From Thraustochytrium aureum (taxonomy: Eukaryota), in the NCBI GenBank assembly GCA_012862495.1, contig BLSG01000097.1:124579-180585 (forward strand): a stretch of 56,007 nt of DNA. Reading direction: 5' to 3'. This document shows, piece after piece, positions 21,220 to 32,570 of the stretch. The translations under genes and the position numbers were made by a program. The notes below the pieces were generated by a model. It worked only from the letters and a program-made list of their open reading frames with translations. It made no database searches and was not told where the DNA came from. Numbering within the stretch: the first letter of the stretch is position 1; each line of letters starts with the position of its first letter.

Positions 21220-22763
21220 CTAAATTCGGTCGATCCAACCAGCGGTCTGGTTAGGCACCACGCCCTCGATAGACATTGCCTCATCATAGAGACGGTCAAA
21301 CTGCTCCTTCCAGTGCTTGGCCAGGCCCGAGGCTTGGCCGAGCCCAGAGTCCATGCACATTCCACAAGTCACCTTGCCGTTGTAGCTGAGGAGGCCCAGG
21401 TACAAGCTGGTGGGGCTGTAGAGCAGAAAGCTAAAGTCATCCACCTCATGCCCCATAATCGAGACCGCCTTCTGCGGCCCCGCCACGTTGGAGAGCATTG
21501 CCGTCGTGTTGCAATACAGCTCGAGCACCTGGTCAATAACATCAGTGTTGCGGCGAAAGAGCGTCGCCAACGCGGCAAGCTTTTGCACAATGAGCGACGT
21601 GGGGCTGAGCTTGACTTGGTCCAGCATCCGCTTAACGGTCCAAACCAGCTGCGTCGGTGACTCAAAGTCGAGCGGGAACGCCAGCACTCCCATATGGTTG
21701 TTGTTGTGCGGCGAGTTTTCACGGAACGAATCAGTCCCTGGCTCGCGCGCGTTGATGGGAAAGCTGGCACGGATCGTGGCGTTCCCTTCCAGGACGTGGC
21801 TGGCCTCCTCGCCACACTCCTCAAAGTAGGATCGCAGCGTGAGCGAGAGCAGCGCGACGAGGATGTCGTTGACCGTGGTGCCGGGGAACTTTGTCTTGCT
21901 GAGCTCCTTGATCTTGTCGAGTGAGATGGGCTCGGTGAGCGCCGTCGACTTGATGGGCGACGGGTGGAGTACGTCGGCGCGCATGAGCGGGTTGGGGGTG
22001 TCGGCAGGCCCGAAGACGATGTTCGCCGCTGTGTAGAGGCCGCCCATGAAGATGCGCGCGCGGTTCAGGGGCCCGAATCCGGACCCGCCCGCCTTGCGCT
22101 TGGGCGGTGCTCGTAGCGCGGCCTTTTGCACACCGGCGACGGCTTTGCTGAGCCGCTTGCTGAGCCGCTTGCTGAGCCTCTCCCGGGTCTGGGTCGGGGC
22201 GTCTTCCACTGCAGGCGCGCCGGTGAGCGGCTCCTCGACAGGGTTGTCGAGCATGCGAAACATGACCTCGATCAGGCTCGTGCCGTCCCCGATCGCGTGG
22301 TTGATGTTGGTTAGGAGGAGCGCGCGCCCGTCCACGTCGCGGAAGATGGTGTAGCGCCACAGGGGGCGCGCAAAGTCCACTTTGAAGTGCTTGAACACGT
22401 CGCCCACGTAATCGCGCTGCGCCTCCTCGGTGGTCATCGGCTCGTCCACAAACTTGACGTGGTAGTTGAGGTCGATCGACTCGAGCGGCAGCTCCACGAA
22501 GCGTCCTTGGTCATTTGCGAGCGGAAGCGCGGGATGGTCAGGAGCTTGTCCCGCACCATCGCTAGGATCGCCTCCTTGCCAAACGGCTCCTTGAACCACA
22601 TCAGGCCCATGCACCATGTGGCGGCGCGGTCAGACCTTGCCATAGCCCCAAACACCTGCGACTGAAACGACTGCCTCCACACCTTGGCCTCGCTGACTGC
22701 CGCCGACGTATGCTCGCCATCCTCTGGCGCATCTGGCAGCTGTTTGGCTACCTCCGCAGCCAT
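21220..22763 (-). CDS. Wax ester synthase/diacylglycerol acyltransferase (WS/DGAT); frameshift near 22502
   Basis: IPRFRS, IDLNYHV, DFARPLWRY, catalytic motif INHAIGDGTSL, TVNDILVA, LSNVAGP and LLSYNGKV. Confidence 0.9.
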
Positions 22764-23563
22764 CTCTCGACGGATGAGTTGTGTCGCTTGCTCGTGGGCG
22801 CGGGAGCTTTAGCGTTCGTGGCTTTCTCGCGTTCGCGCCTCCGTGATGCGAGAACTCTGCTACCTACTCGCTCTACGTACGACGCTCAATCAACAAAGTG
22901 AGGTTGAGATGAGGATCTGCCAGAAACCGCTGGCAGGTCTGTCACGTCGCATTCGCTCCCTGCATCAGATCAGGTGCGTACTCGGAGCACGCGGTTGGCC
23001 AGGAGCAAGATCCTGCATGCTGGACCCGCACAGGGCAGGCCGATCCTTCATTGCCTGCTTGCATCACACGCGCACACGGCTCGCTCGCGAAGCGATCCCA
23101 CCCACCTGCGCTCTCCGGCGTATCCCCGCCCCCATCTGCAGTCCTTGGCACTTGCTGCCAATCTCGAGCGCGAACACGGGATGGCGAGCGACGTTTTGCA
23201 CACCTTGCCAAATCTGGTTGTACCCAGCGCCCACGCGCCCGAGCTGCTGGAAAGGGCATCTGGCCAGTGGTTCATGATGCGAGTCGCCGAGTACGGATGC
23301 GACGATGGGCCCTGGAAGCAGAATGAGCCCGAACCCGTCTGGTTGCGTCTGGGTTTCCTTGCGCGCGAGCGCCTGCGGGTCGTCGCCTCGCGAGTCGCGT
23401 TCGTTCTTTCCGTCCTTGCAGCGGGCTCAACTTGAGTATCATCAAGTCCATCGAGGGTCACTCGGTCACAGTCCCTCGCCGAAGGCCAGGCCGCCCATCC
23501 GCCATCGGCCGCGCCATCATCATGATGTCCTGCAAGGCTCTTGATCAACTGCTCCTCACTTTC

Positions 23564-23770
23564 TTGAAACACAAGGCCTCCAACGTTCAAGACACCCTAA
23601 CTATTGAAACTCAGTACCTCCACCCATCTCCACCGAATGTATGCAATATTGACACTCAATATCACAGCCGCCTCTCATCTTGACACTCAATATCCGCCAC
23701 ACCTTCGCCCCCAACTCACTATTGACAATCCATACCCAATCACCTCCGCACCTCTGTTCTCTTGACCCCG
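23564..23770. repeat. Dispersed array of a degenerate TTGACACTCAATATC motif with non-identical spacers
   Basis: Copies start at 23564, 23604, 23649, 23680, 23722 and (weakly) 23762. Two copies are identical over 15 nt. Confidence 0.6.
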
Positions 23771-24070
23771 TGGGAGCCGACAGCAGCCGGCGCGATTCAA
23801 TATTCAAAGCCAGGGCCAAGGTGGCAACCGCAGAATCGTCTCTGCGCGACGCAGAGCAACAGACCTGCCAACAGGCGAGCAGGCAGGCGGCAACAGCGCA
23901 GGGGCGCGCGAGCAGAGCAGAGCAGAGCAGAGCAGAAGAGGCTGCGTTGTGGTTTGTCCTGTTGCGCTTTGCCTTCGCCTCGCTGCGTTGCGTTTTGGGG
24001 TTTGGTTTGGGTTTGGATTGGACCCTTTGGAGTCGCTGGAGGCCGTGGAGTTGGCGAGTGCGGGGTACGT

Positions 24071-24143
24071 GCCAGCCAGCCAGCCAGCAAGCCAGCCAGC
24101 TAGCCAGCTAGCCAGCCAGCCAGCCAGCTAGCCAGCCAGCCAG
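24071..24143. repeat. (GCCA)n microsatellite
   Basis: Directly visible. Confidence 0.9.
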
Positions 24144-24572
24144 AGCGTGCGTGCTTGTGCGTGCGGGCCNNNNNNNNNNNNNNNNNNNNNNNNNNNNNNN
24201 NNNNNNNNNNNNNNNNNNNNNNNNNNNNNNNNNNNNNNNNNNNNNNNNNNNNNNNNNNNNNNNNNNNNNNNNNNNNNNNNNNNNNNNNNNNNNNNNNNNN
24301 NNNNNNNNNNNNNNNNNNNNNNNNNNNNNNNNNNNNNNNNNNNNNNNNNNNNNNNNNNNNNNNNNNNNNNNNNNNNNNNNNNNNNNNNNNNNNNNNNNNN
24401 NNNNNNNNNNNNNNNNNNNNNNNNNNNNNNNNNNNNNNNNNNNNNNNNNNNNNNNNNNNNNNNNNNNNNNNNNNNNNNNNNNNNNNNNNNNNNNNNNNNN
24501 NNNNNNNNNNNNNNNNNNNNNNNNNNNNNNNNNNNNNNNNNNNNNNNNNNNNNNNNNNNNNNNNNNNNNNTG

Positions 24573-25907
24573 GTCGGTGATGGCTCTGCGAACGGGGGCG
24601 AAGGGGCTGCGAGCCCGCCCCAAGGGCACAGCAGCCCGCCGAGGACGACCTCGTTTCAGCACGATGGCGCAGGCGGGGCAGCGCAGGACGGCGGCGGGCG
24701 CAAGGCCGACAAGCGCTCCACGAAGCGCGAGCAAAAGGTGCGGTTCGTGCGACCGTCGCGGTCCGAGTCCAACCTGTCTGAGATAGAGCTTTTCCCCATG
24801 ACGTCGCGGCTGCCGACGTTCGACGTGGCGACCGAGTCGCAGTCCAAGTTTCTGCCGCGCCTGGCTCGGCGCGGGTCCTCCTTGCGCCAGGGCCCGCACA
24901 TGGCTCTGTCCTGCACGTACCTTGTGAGCGTTCACGGCCTCGAGTACATGCAGCTCTACTTGTGGCTCGCCAAGGACTGGTGCTGGTCGCAGCTGCACTG
25001 GGTCTACCCCGGCATCATCTTTGGCACTCTGGCTGTGCTCTGGTCGATTATGCTCTTCTTCCTGGCGGCATCCGCCAGGCTCTACTCGGAGGCCTTCCTC
25101 GGACTCGGCATGGTCTTCTGGGTCAGCGCCAACTACGTCTGGATGGTCGGCGAGTTTTGGGAGTCAAACTTCCTCGAGGACGGCGAGGAGTTTTACGCAG
25201 ACTGCCTCCAGCTTGCGCGCGTGTTCTCGGCCGGCGCCGTCTTCATCGTCACGGTCTACTTTGCGGTTCTCATGCCGCTCGGCGTCTTCGCGTACGAGCG
25301 ACGTACCAACCCGCTCATGGCCCGCCTGTGCGACGACGCACCTCCGCCCCGCTTCCGCTACATATTCTCCACGTTTCGCGAGTATGAGAACTTGCACCTT
25401 TTGTTCTGGGCCATCAAAGACATGTGCTGGGTCTACGACTGGCCGCACGGGTACATGTTTGGTTTTGGCCCAACGCTCTTGCTCGGCATGGACCTCATGT
25501 ACCTGTTTGCCACGTACCGCGACCAGTTCATCGACTTTGTGCACGCCGTAGTTATGTTTCTCTGGGTCCTCTCCAACGGCGTCTGGGCCTACGGCGAGCT
25601 CATCGCCGAAAACCCGCGCGACATTCCGGACGAGGCGTGGGACGCTTACAACTTTCCTGAGGTCCCCGAGCAGTTTTACTTTTGGCCCCGGTACGCGACG
25701 AGCTGGTTTTTCATGGCCGCAGCGGCAGTCGTCGTCGCGTTTTATGTTTACTGGGTCATTTTGTCGATCAAGTGTCCCCCGGTCGAGGAAGACGATACGG
25801 AGGAGGGCGACTTTGCCACGCAGTCCATCGAGGCCACGGTCAAGCCCACCGCCGACGCCGACGACTGGGAGCACCAAGGCGGCGCCGACCGCATGGTTCG
25901 GGTCTGA
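24573..25907 (+). CDS. Uncharacterised multi-pass membrane protein with two internal repeats; 5' end in the gap
   Basis: Long ORF with about 8 TM segments. Repeats: LEYMQLYLWLAKDWCW..FWVSANYVWMVGEF and YENLHLLFWAIKDMCW..LWVLSNGVWAYGEL. Confidence 0.8.
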   Translation, partial: VGDGSANGGEGAASPPQGHSSPPRTTSFQHDGAGGAAQDGGGRKADKRSTKREQKVRFVRPSRSESNLSEIELFPMTSRLPTFDVATESQSKFLPRLARRGSSLRQGPHMALSCTYLVSVHGLEYMQLYLWLAKDWCWSQLHWVYPGIIFGTLAVLWSIMLFFLAASARLYSEAFLGLGMVFWVSANYVWMVGEFWESNFLEDGEEFYADCLQLARVFSAGAVFIVTVYFAVLMPLGVFAYERRTNPLMARLCDDAPPPRFRYIFSTFREYENLHLLFWAIKDMCWVYDWPHGYMFGFGPTLLLGMDLMYLFATYRDQFIDFVHAVVMFLWVLSNGVWAYGELIAENPRDIPDEAWDAYNFPEVPEQFYFWPRYATSWFFMAAAAVVVAFYVYWVILSIKCPPVEEDDTEEGDFATQSIEATVKPTADADDWEHQGGADRMVRV

Positions 25908-26308
25908 GAGCTCGGTTGGTGCCGAGTCGGCTGGCGGGGCGCAGGAAATACAGTTGCTCACTGGCCCAATCCGCTTCCATTGCTCGCCAAGCTGGAGGTG
26001 CTGGAGGAGTTGTGCGATGGGGCGGTCGCGCTTCGGGCCCTAGCTTTTTCCCGTGGCCCTCCTGAGAATCAACTCGTTCTTTCTTTTACTTTCTTTCTTT
26101 CCTTTTTTCTTTTTTACAAGCCGTCCTGGTTGCCGTTTGCTGCGTCGCGTCCTGCTGTCCCCACATTCTTCCGGAGCGGGGGCTATGGACACGTTTACAG
26201 CAAGCATGCCCATGGTTGTTTAGGGGATATACCTACTTGTACACCTACTTGTACAGGACTCCATTACAATCAACCCACCGCCAAAGGCGAGCTGCGTCTC
26301 GCTGCTCG

Positions 26309-29122
26309 CTAGTCGAACAGAAAGATCGGCAGACACTTTGGCGCAAACTCTTCGTTGCGAGCTCCCCCAGTAGCCTTGTCGACGTTCCAAAAGCAGTTCG
26401 GCCGATTCGCCAGGGGCCTCTGGCACTGGAGCTGCCGCACTCTGCGCGCGCCCGTCGAGCAATACCTGACCGCGTTGATGCGCGCCAGCGACTCGGGGTC
26501 GTTCAACGCCCTCGGGATGCAACCANNNNNNNNNNNNNNNNNNNNNNNNNNNNNNNNNNNNNNNNNNNNNNNNNNNNNNNNNNNNNNNNNNNNNNNNNNN
26601 NNNNNNNNNNNNNNNNNNNNNNNNNNNNNNNNNNNNNNNNNNNNNNNNNNNNNNNNNNNNNNNNNNNNNNNNNNNNNNNNNNNNNNNNNNNNNNNNNNNN
26701 NNNNNNNNNNNNNNNNNNNNNNNNNNNNNNNNNNNNNNNNNNNNNNNNNNNNNNNNNNNNNNNNNNNNNNNNNNNNNNNNNNNNNNNNNNNNNNNNNNNN
26801 NNNNNNNNNNNNNNNNNNNNNNNNNNNNNNNNNNNNNCTGTTGCAACGAGGAGAGGTCGTAGTTCCACACGCACTTCTTGCGCGCTCGGGACCGCGAGCA
26901 GGCCTTCAGGGTGGCCTGCGCCTGGCAGAACTTGAACAGCTTGAGGAGCCCTGGGGTTTGGCCCGGGAATAGCGTGGGCGGCGACGTACCGGAGGGGGCC
27001 ACGCTTGGCGAGTTCGACGGCCGCGAAACGCCAGCCTCGGTCGGCTTGGTGCTCGGCGCCGGCGTTGGCGACTTGCTCGGCCCTGGTTTGGACGCGTCTG
27101 TGCCTTCCACGGTTGGGGAGGCCGTCGGGGAGGCTGACTGCGGTTTTAACTCTGACGGCGAGCCAGTCGGCCGCATTGTCGGGTTTCTTGTTGGGCTCCA
27201 CGTTGGCGAGATCGTCGGCTGCAGCGTCGGGAGCACGGTAGGCGAGATCGTCGGCTGCAGCGTCGGGAGCACGGTCGGCGAGGTTGATGGCGAGGCGCTC
27301 GGGCGCATCGTTGGGTACGCAGTTTGGGCTGCAGAGGGCGCCAAAGAAGGCGTCGCAGTAGGCGCCGCAGTGGCTCCGTTCAGACCGTCGCAGCGCACAG
27401 GCTCCGACATTGTGTAGCGAAAGACGGAGACACCTGTGTTGGAGAAGTGGAATTCGGAGAGCGTGTTGCCCGTTGTCTTGCAGTCACTCGCGTCTTTGTA
27501 GAGCTGCTCGTAGGACAGCAGCGAGGGCTCGCTCAGGTCGGAGAGGACCTGCTCGCGCTGCGTGAAGGCGTCGCCTGGGTCGTTGTTCCACCACGTGAGG
27601 CGCTCAAAGTCCCACTTGTTGTCCGCCTGAATGACGCGAACACGGTTGTGGTGCACGGGCCAGTTGCCGCCATCGCCGGGGTACCCTTGGTAAAAGTTCC
27701 ACGCCGTTCCCACGTCCTCGTCGATGTGCCACACATAAATGCCAGCGCTTAGCTGCGAGTCCCACAGGCCGACCCGCGCGTCGTTGCTGCGACTTTCCAC
27801 AAGGAGGTATTCGTTTTCGGGGTACCCGTGCTGGATCCTGTACACTCGCCCCGAGCTCTGGACTGGGCTGATAAACTTGAACCCTGACGGGCCAATGTCT
27901 TCGACCTCCACCCAGCCTAGGTAGGCCTTGCTCCAGGGCGAGAATGAGCTCGGGTAGAACTGCGAGCCGTCAACGCCCCACGAGTTGGACATGATTCCAA
28001 GACAGCCAAAGGTGGCCGCTATGGGGCTCCTGCCGTCGTAGAGGTCCGGGAGCTTGAAAAAGTGGCCCAACTCGTGCGCGACCACCCCGAGCCGTGTCAT
28101 TCCAAGACCCTCAATGCCCCAAAGGCCCGGGTTGATGTTGTACTCGCGCACCTCGATGCCGTCCACAAGCTGGCTCTCCAATAGAGCCCACTTGTGGCTC
28201 CAGATCCGATTGGCCGTGTTGCGCCCGTCCTCGTCCACGTCGCCCCACTCGGCTCCAAACCCCGAGTGGATTACGGTAAATCCGTCCATCTTGCCATCAC
28301 CGTCTGAATCGAACCTGGCAAAGTTGCCGAGGTCGACTTTGGCTTTGCGCAGCGCTTGGACAATGGCGTCGTGGAGGACGCTCGTTGCACCGTTTGTGCA
28401 CAGGGAAGAGCACTTCATGGCCGCCGCGTCCTCGGTAGCGTCGACGTCAATCCACGGCGTCACTGTGGACTCGACGATGAGCTTGCCGTGCGACTGTGTC
28501 CTGTAAAACGTCTGCACCGATCCCGTCGGGTTGATCTCTGGGTCAGCGGTCTTGCCGTTGAAAAAATGGTCGTACGCGGCTTGCGTTGGGAGCTTGCGCT
28601 CGCGGTGGTCAGAGAAACGGACAAGCAGCACGAGGTTGACTTGGTGCCCTGGGCCTGCGCCACGACGTTGGCGCTTGCAGAGGAGGACATGTCGCCTTGG
28701 GCGCTGTCATCGATCACGCATTGGTTCAGGCTGCAGAGGTCCTCGAGCAGCTCGCGGCGCAGGGTGGGGTCCTGGCGCGGGTCCACCTCGCCGACCAGCT
28801 TTGGCTGGTCGTCGCTTGCGACGAGGTGGCGTCGCGAGCCATTGGCGCTTAATGCTGGTGGGTCGTGCACGCTTTCGGCGTACGCATACTGTCCGCTCGC
28901 CAGGGGAACTACCGGATAGCCGTACTCGTCGACCTCGTGGTGGCAGCACGGGCCGCCGTGCATGTACACTCGCGCTTGGTGCATTCGCAGACCTTTTCCC
29001 CGTCGCTTGATGCTAGATATATAGGCGTCGAACGCGCGAGGGTCTGGCGCGGTCATCGCGGAGCCGCTGCCGGCCGTCCAGGCTGCCAATAAGGCCACGA
29101 GCGGCCACGCGCGCCGCCGCAT
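26309..29122 (-). CDS. Secreted M6-family (immune inhibitor A-like) metalloprotease with Pro/Thr/Ser stalk and Cys-rich C-terminus; frameshift near 28640; gap
   Basis: Signal peptide MRRRAWPLVALLAAWTAGSGSA; NLVLLVRFSDH; FDSDGDGKMDGFTVIHSGFGAE; IWSHKW; zinc motif AHELGHFFKLPDLYD; IMSNSWG; FSPWSKAYLGW; PTxSPT repeats at 26950-27370. Confidence 0.88.
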
Positions 29123-31201
29123 CGCCTCGTGCCCTCTCCGGCTGGCCAAGGCGCGAGCGATTCAGCGTATTAGCGTCTCTGCTCGTGCTCCGATGGTGCG
29201 CTTATGGACGGGCCGTCGCACGCCAGCCTGTTGGAAGCGACCGACGGCTGGAGGCTGCGAACGCCAAAGGGCACGGACCTTGCAACGAATGCAGGATTGC
29301 CGATTTCTTTGCGGCTAGCTGAGCGCGCACCGCAATCTCACATGTCACCGATTCCGCAATCTGCCAACCCGACAGAGACAAAACGCAACGAAGCTCGACC
29401 ACACTGAACGGCACAATGAGTTTCGCGCCGCCTGCCCCCGACCGCACATTCCTGTCGTTTCCCTGCTGCCTGAATGGAAGCGCCGCCACGTTGCGCGCAG
29501 GTTGCGCTCGCAACTCCACCTCTTCAGGCATGCTTGCCACGTCAAAAGAGAAATCGCTGAGCGTCTCCTCGGGGGCGGTCAGCGTCGGTTGTCCAGAGAC
29601 GAAAGCGAGCATGCACAACCAGGCAGGAAGGCGGCCGGCCGGCCATGAGGGCAACCAGCCAGGCAGGCGAGGCGCGCACAGCATGGAAACCTGCTCTAGC
29701 TCTAGCTAGAGAGAGCCATGGGCCAATTGCGGGTGTAGTTTGGGGCATGCTGCGTCGAAGTACGCGAATAGCGATAGAACACCTCGCTGAATTGCCTTAC
29801 GATACTCCGCTGCGATAGACCGGTTCTCAGTTGAAACAAGGGAGGTGGACGAATGTGCAAGAAACGGACAGGTGTGGCCCGCTTGTGTTGGTTTTGGCTT
29901 GTGTTGTTTTTAGGTGGCCAACGTCTGCCTGGGCTGTTTCTGGCAGGTGGATGGACAGGCCTCTCTCTCTGCGCTCGAAGCGGGGGCAGCTGGCGGAGCG
30001 TCTGCGCTGGAAGCAGCAAGGGCCGATTGGGCGCTTGGGTTGGCTGGCGTGGTGGTTGGCCTTGGCCGGATCTTTAGCTGACCGACGCCTTCGGCAATGA
30101 CCGCGGTTGGGGCCTCTTTGGGATGCGAACGGATAGCTCGACGCGGACACAGTGGGCAAGTGAACTCGAATTGACCCACCCTGCGCAATTCGCGGTTCGG
30201 GCTGAGACGCCTTGCTGCGCTGCTGACGCACGAATTAAAACAAGTTGCGTGCGCTGCGCTCGTGGTTTGAACAGTGGCACGTGAGAAACAAGATCCGCCG
30301 TGCTCGGAAGAAGCGGGCGTCATCAATGTCGCCCCCGTTTGGCTCCGTAGTGTTCGTGAGCATCTTGTTTGTTCGCGCAAGAGCGATCCTACTAGCATCC
30401 TCCTGACCATCCTGACCATCCTGATCCTGCGATCCTCCTCAATTCTATTCCGAGTCTCCAACCAACAATCAGTTCAGTTCAACGTGATCATCGTTCGAAT
30501 TTCGAAAGGCTCTCGCTACCGGTAGTGGCCCTCGTTGAACCGACCGNNNNNNNNNNNNNNNNNNNNNNNNNNNNNNNNNNNNNNNNNNNNNNNNNNNNNN
30601 NNNNNNNNNNNNNNNNNNNNNNNNNNNNNNNNNNNNNNNNNNNNNNNNNNNNNNNNNNNNNNNNNNNNNNNNNNNNNNNNNNNNNNNNNNNNNNNNNNNN
30701 NNNNNNNNNNNNNNNNNNNNNNNNNNNNNNNNNNNNNNNNNNNNNNNNNNNNNNNNNNNNNNNNNNNNNNNNNNNNNNNNNNNNNNNNNNNNNNNNNNNN
30801 NNNNNNNNNNNNNNNNNNNNNNNNNNNNNNNNNNNNNNNNNNNNNNNNNNNNNNNNNNNNNNNNNNNNNNNNNNNNNNNNNNNNNNNNNNNNNNNNNNNN
30901 NNNNNNNNNNNNNNNNNNNNNNNNNNNNNNNNNNNNNNNNNNNNNNNNNNNNNNNNNNNNNNNNNNNNNNNNNNNNNNNNNNNNNNNNNNNNNNNNNNNN
31001 NNNNNNNNNNNNNNNNNNNNNNNNNNNNNNNNNNNNNNNNNNNNNNNNNNNNNNNNNNNNNNNNNNNNNNNNNNNNNNNNNNNNNNNNNNNNNNNNNNNN
31101 NNNNNNNNNNNNNNNNNNNNNNNNNNNNNNNNNNNNNNNNNNNNNNNNNNNNNNNNNNNNNNNNNNNNNNNNNNNNNNNNNNNNNNNNNNNNNNNNNNNA
31201 G

Positions 31202-32380
31202 CCTACCTACCGTCGGCTGTGCCAAGTTGGAGCGAGGTTGGCGCCTGATGGCGGGCCAAGGCAGCATGCGGGTCGCGAGTTCAATGCCATGCTTCGCCAG
31301 TTCGTGAAGCGCGAAGACGTGCTCGAGCTCGCCGGCACGGGCACCTCGCTGTCCTATCACAAGGGCGACATCAGGGAGCTTGACCGCGGCCCGCTCGTAG
31401 CGCCAGGCGTGGAGCAGTTTGACCTCCGCGTGGGCATTCACCATGTTCTTGGCCAAGCCCTGTACGAAATGCGGGTGTGCAGCGAAAACGAAGCGCGCGC
31501 TGCCGTGCAGCTGCTAGACGACACAGTCGACGAGCGCAGCGAGCCCAGAGGCTCGGCCCACCACGGGGCGGTCGTCGCAGTTCTAGACAACTTTCTTGGC
31601 AAGTTTTTGAGCACAATCGTCTTCACCGCGTCGCTCGAGGTCCACTTCCACGGTCCGGTAGTCGTGGGCGAGCTCTTGCAGGCCATTGTAACGATTGAGG
31701 GCCGGGAGGCCTCCAAGTCGGGCAAGGCGACCAAGATCTCCATGGTCTCATCGCTCACCAAGCCGGGAGACACCGCGCCCCTTGCCACGGTCAAAGGGCT
31801 CTTTATCAAGCCAAACGCGGCAGCGGCCGGCGGCCCGGTCGGCGAGTTCGGGTTCCCCATCCTCACGCAGCCCGAGCTGGAGCGCGCCCTGCAGCGGCGT
31901 ATTAGGAATGTAGAGGCGTTTCGCGATGAGGAGGGCTGCCTCTGCTTTGCGCGGCCGCGCCAGGAGAGCCAGACGCAGTGGGTCGCGGCGCACCAACACA
32001 TGCTCGACGGCGCGCCAGCAGCCGCGAGCCCCGTGGCTAGCTACGTTCAGCGCCGCATGCGCTTGCACGTTCAAAACGGGCAGCGCGCGGGCTCCGCGAC
32101 CGGGATCGTTCATTTCAACACCAACAGTGAAGGGGCAAACGGAAGGGCGCACGGCGGGGCCCAGGCCGCGGCCCTCATCGAGGCCGCGCGGGTCGCCGCC
32201 CCTGCCGCTTTGCGCAGCTTTCGCATCGAGTACCTTTCGCCAGTGCCGATTGGCGAGACCCTGCGCATTGTAGCTGCTGCATCGGGCCGAGATACCGTGC
32301 GGTGCGCAATCCGAGACGCCGCGGATTCCCGCGACCTGAGCGTCGCCCATGCCGTGACGCATTCGCAAGCGCAATTGTAG
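31202..32380 (+). CDS. Tandem (double) hot-dog fold acyl-CoA thioesterase (THEM4/PaaI-like); 5' end in the gap
   Basis: Two hot-dog motifs: GSAHHGAVVAVLDN..FTASLEVHFHGPV and EGANGRAHGGAQAAALIE..FRIEYLSPVPIGE. Confidence 0.72.
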   Translation, partial: PTYRRLCQVGARLAPDGGPRQHAGREFNAMLRQFVKREDVLELAGTGTSLSYHKGDIRELDRGPLVAPGVEQFDLRVGIHHVLGQALYEMRVCSENEARAAVQLLDDTVDERSEPRGSAHHGAVVAVLDNFLGKFLSTIVFTASLEVHFHGPVVVGELLQAIVTIEGREASKSGKATKISMVSSLTKPGDTAPLATVKGLFIKPNAAAAGGPVGEFGFPILTQPELERALQRRIRNVEAFRDEEGCLCFARPRQESQTQWVAAHQHMLDGAPAAASPVASYVQRRMRLHVQNGQRAGSATGIVHFNTNSEGANGRAHGGAQAAALIEAARVAAPAALRSFRIEYLSPVPIGETLRIVAAASGRDTVRCAIRDAADSRDLSVAHAVTHSQAQL

Positions 32381-32570
32381 CGCAGCCGAGCAGCAAGTAA
32401 TAGCACAGGGCGCCAAGCACTGGGCACAGATAGTTACTCATAAAAAATGATGTTCACAGTCGGAGTCGGAGCGGCCCGCTCGCTCGCGGCGTAGGGGATG
32501 CACGTGCCCGGTGGGCACAGTGGACAACAACACTCTACGCTCACAGTCACACGCGCACTCGCACTCACAC

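Noticed and set aside
23564..23770. CRISPR array or bacterial -35 (TTGACA) promoter series
   Set aside because: The repeats are at most 15 nt, degenerate and irregularly spaced. There are no cas genes and the context is eukaryotic.
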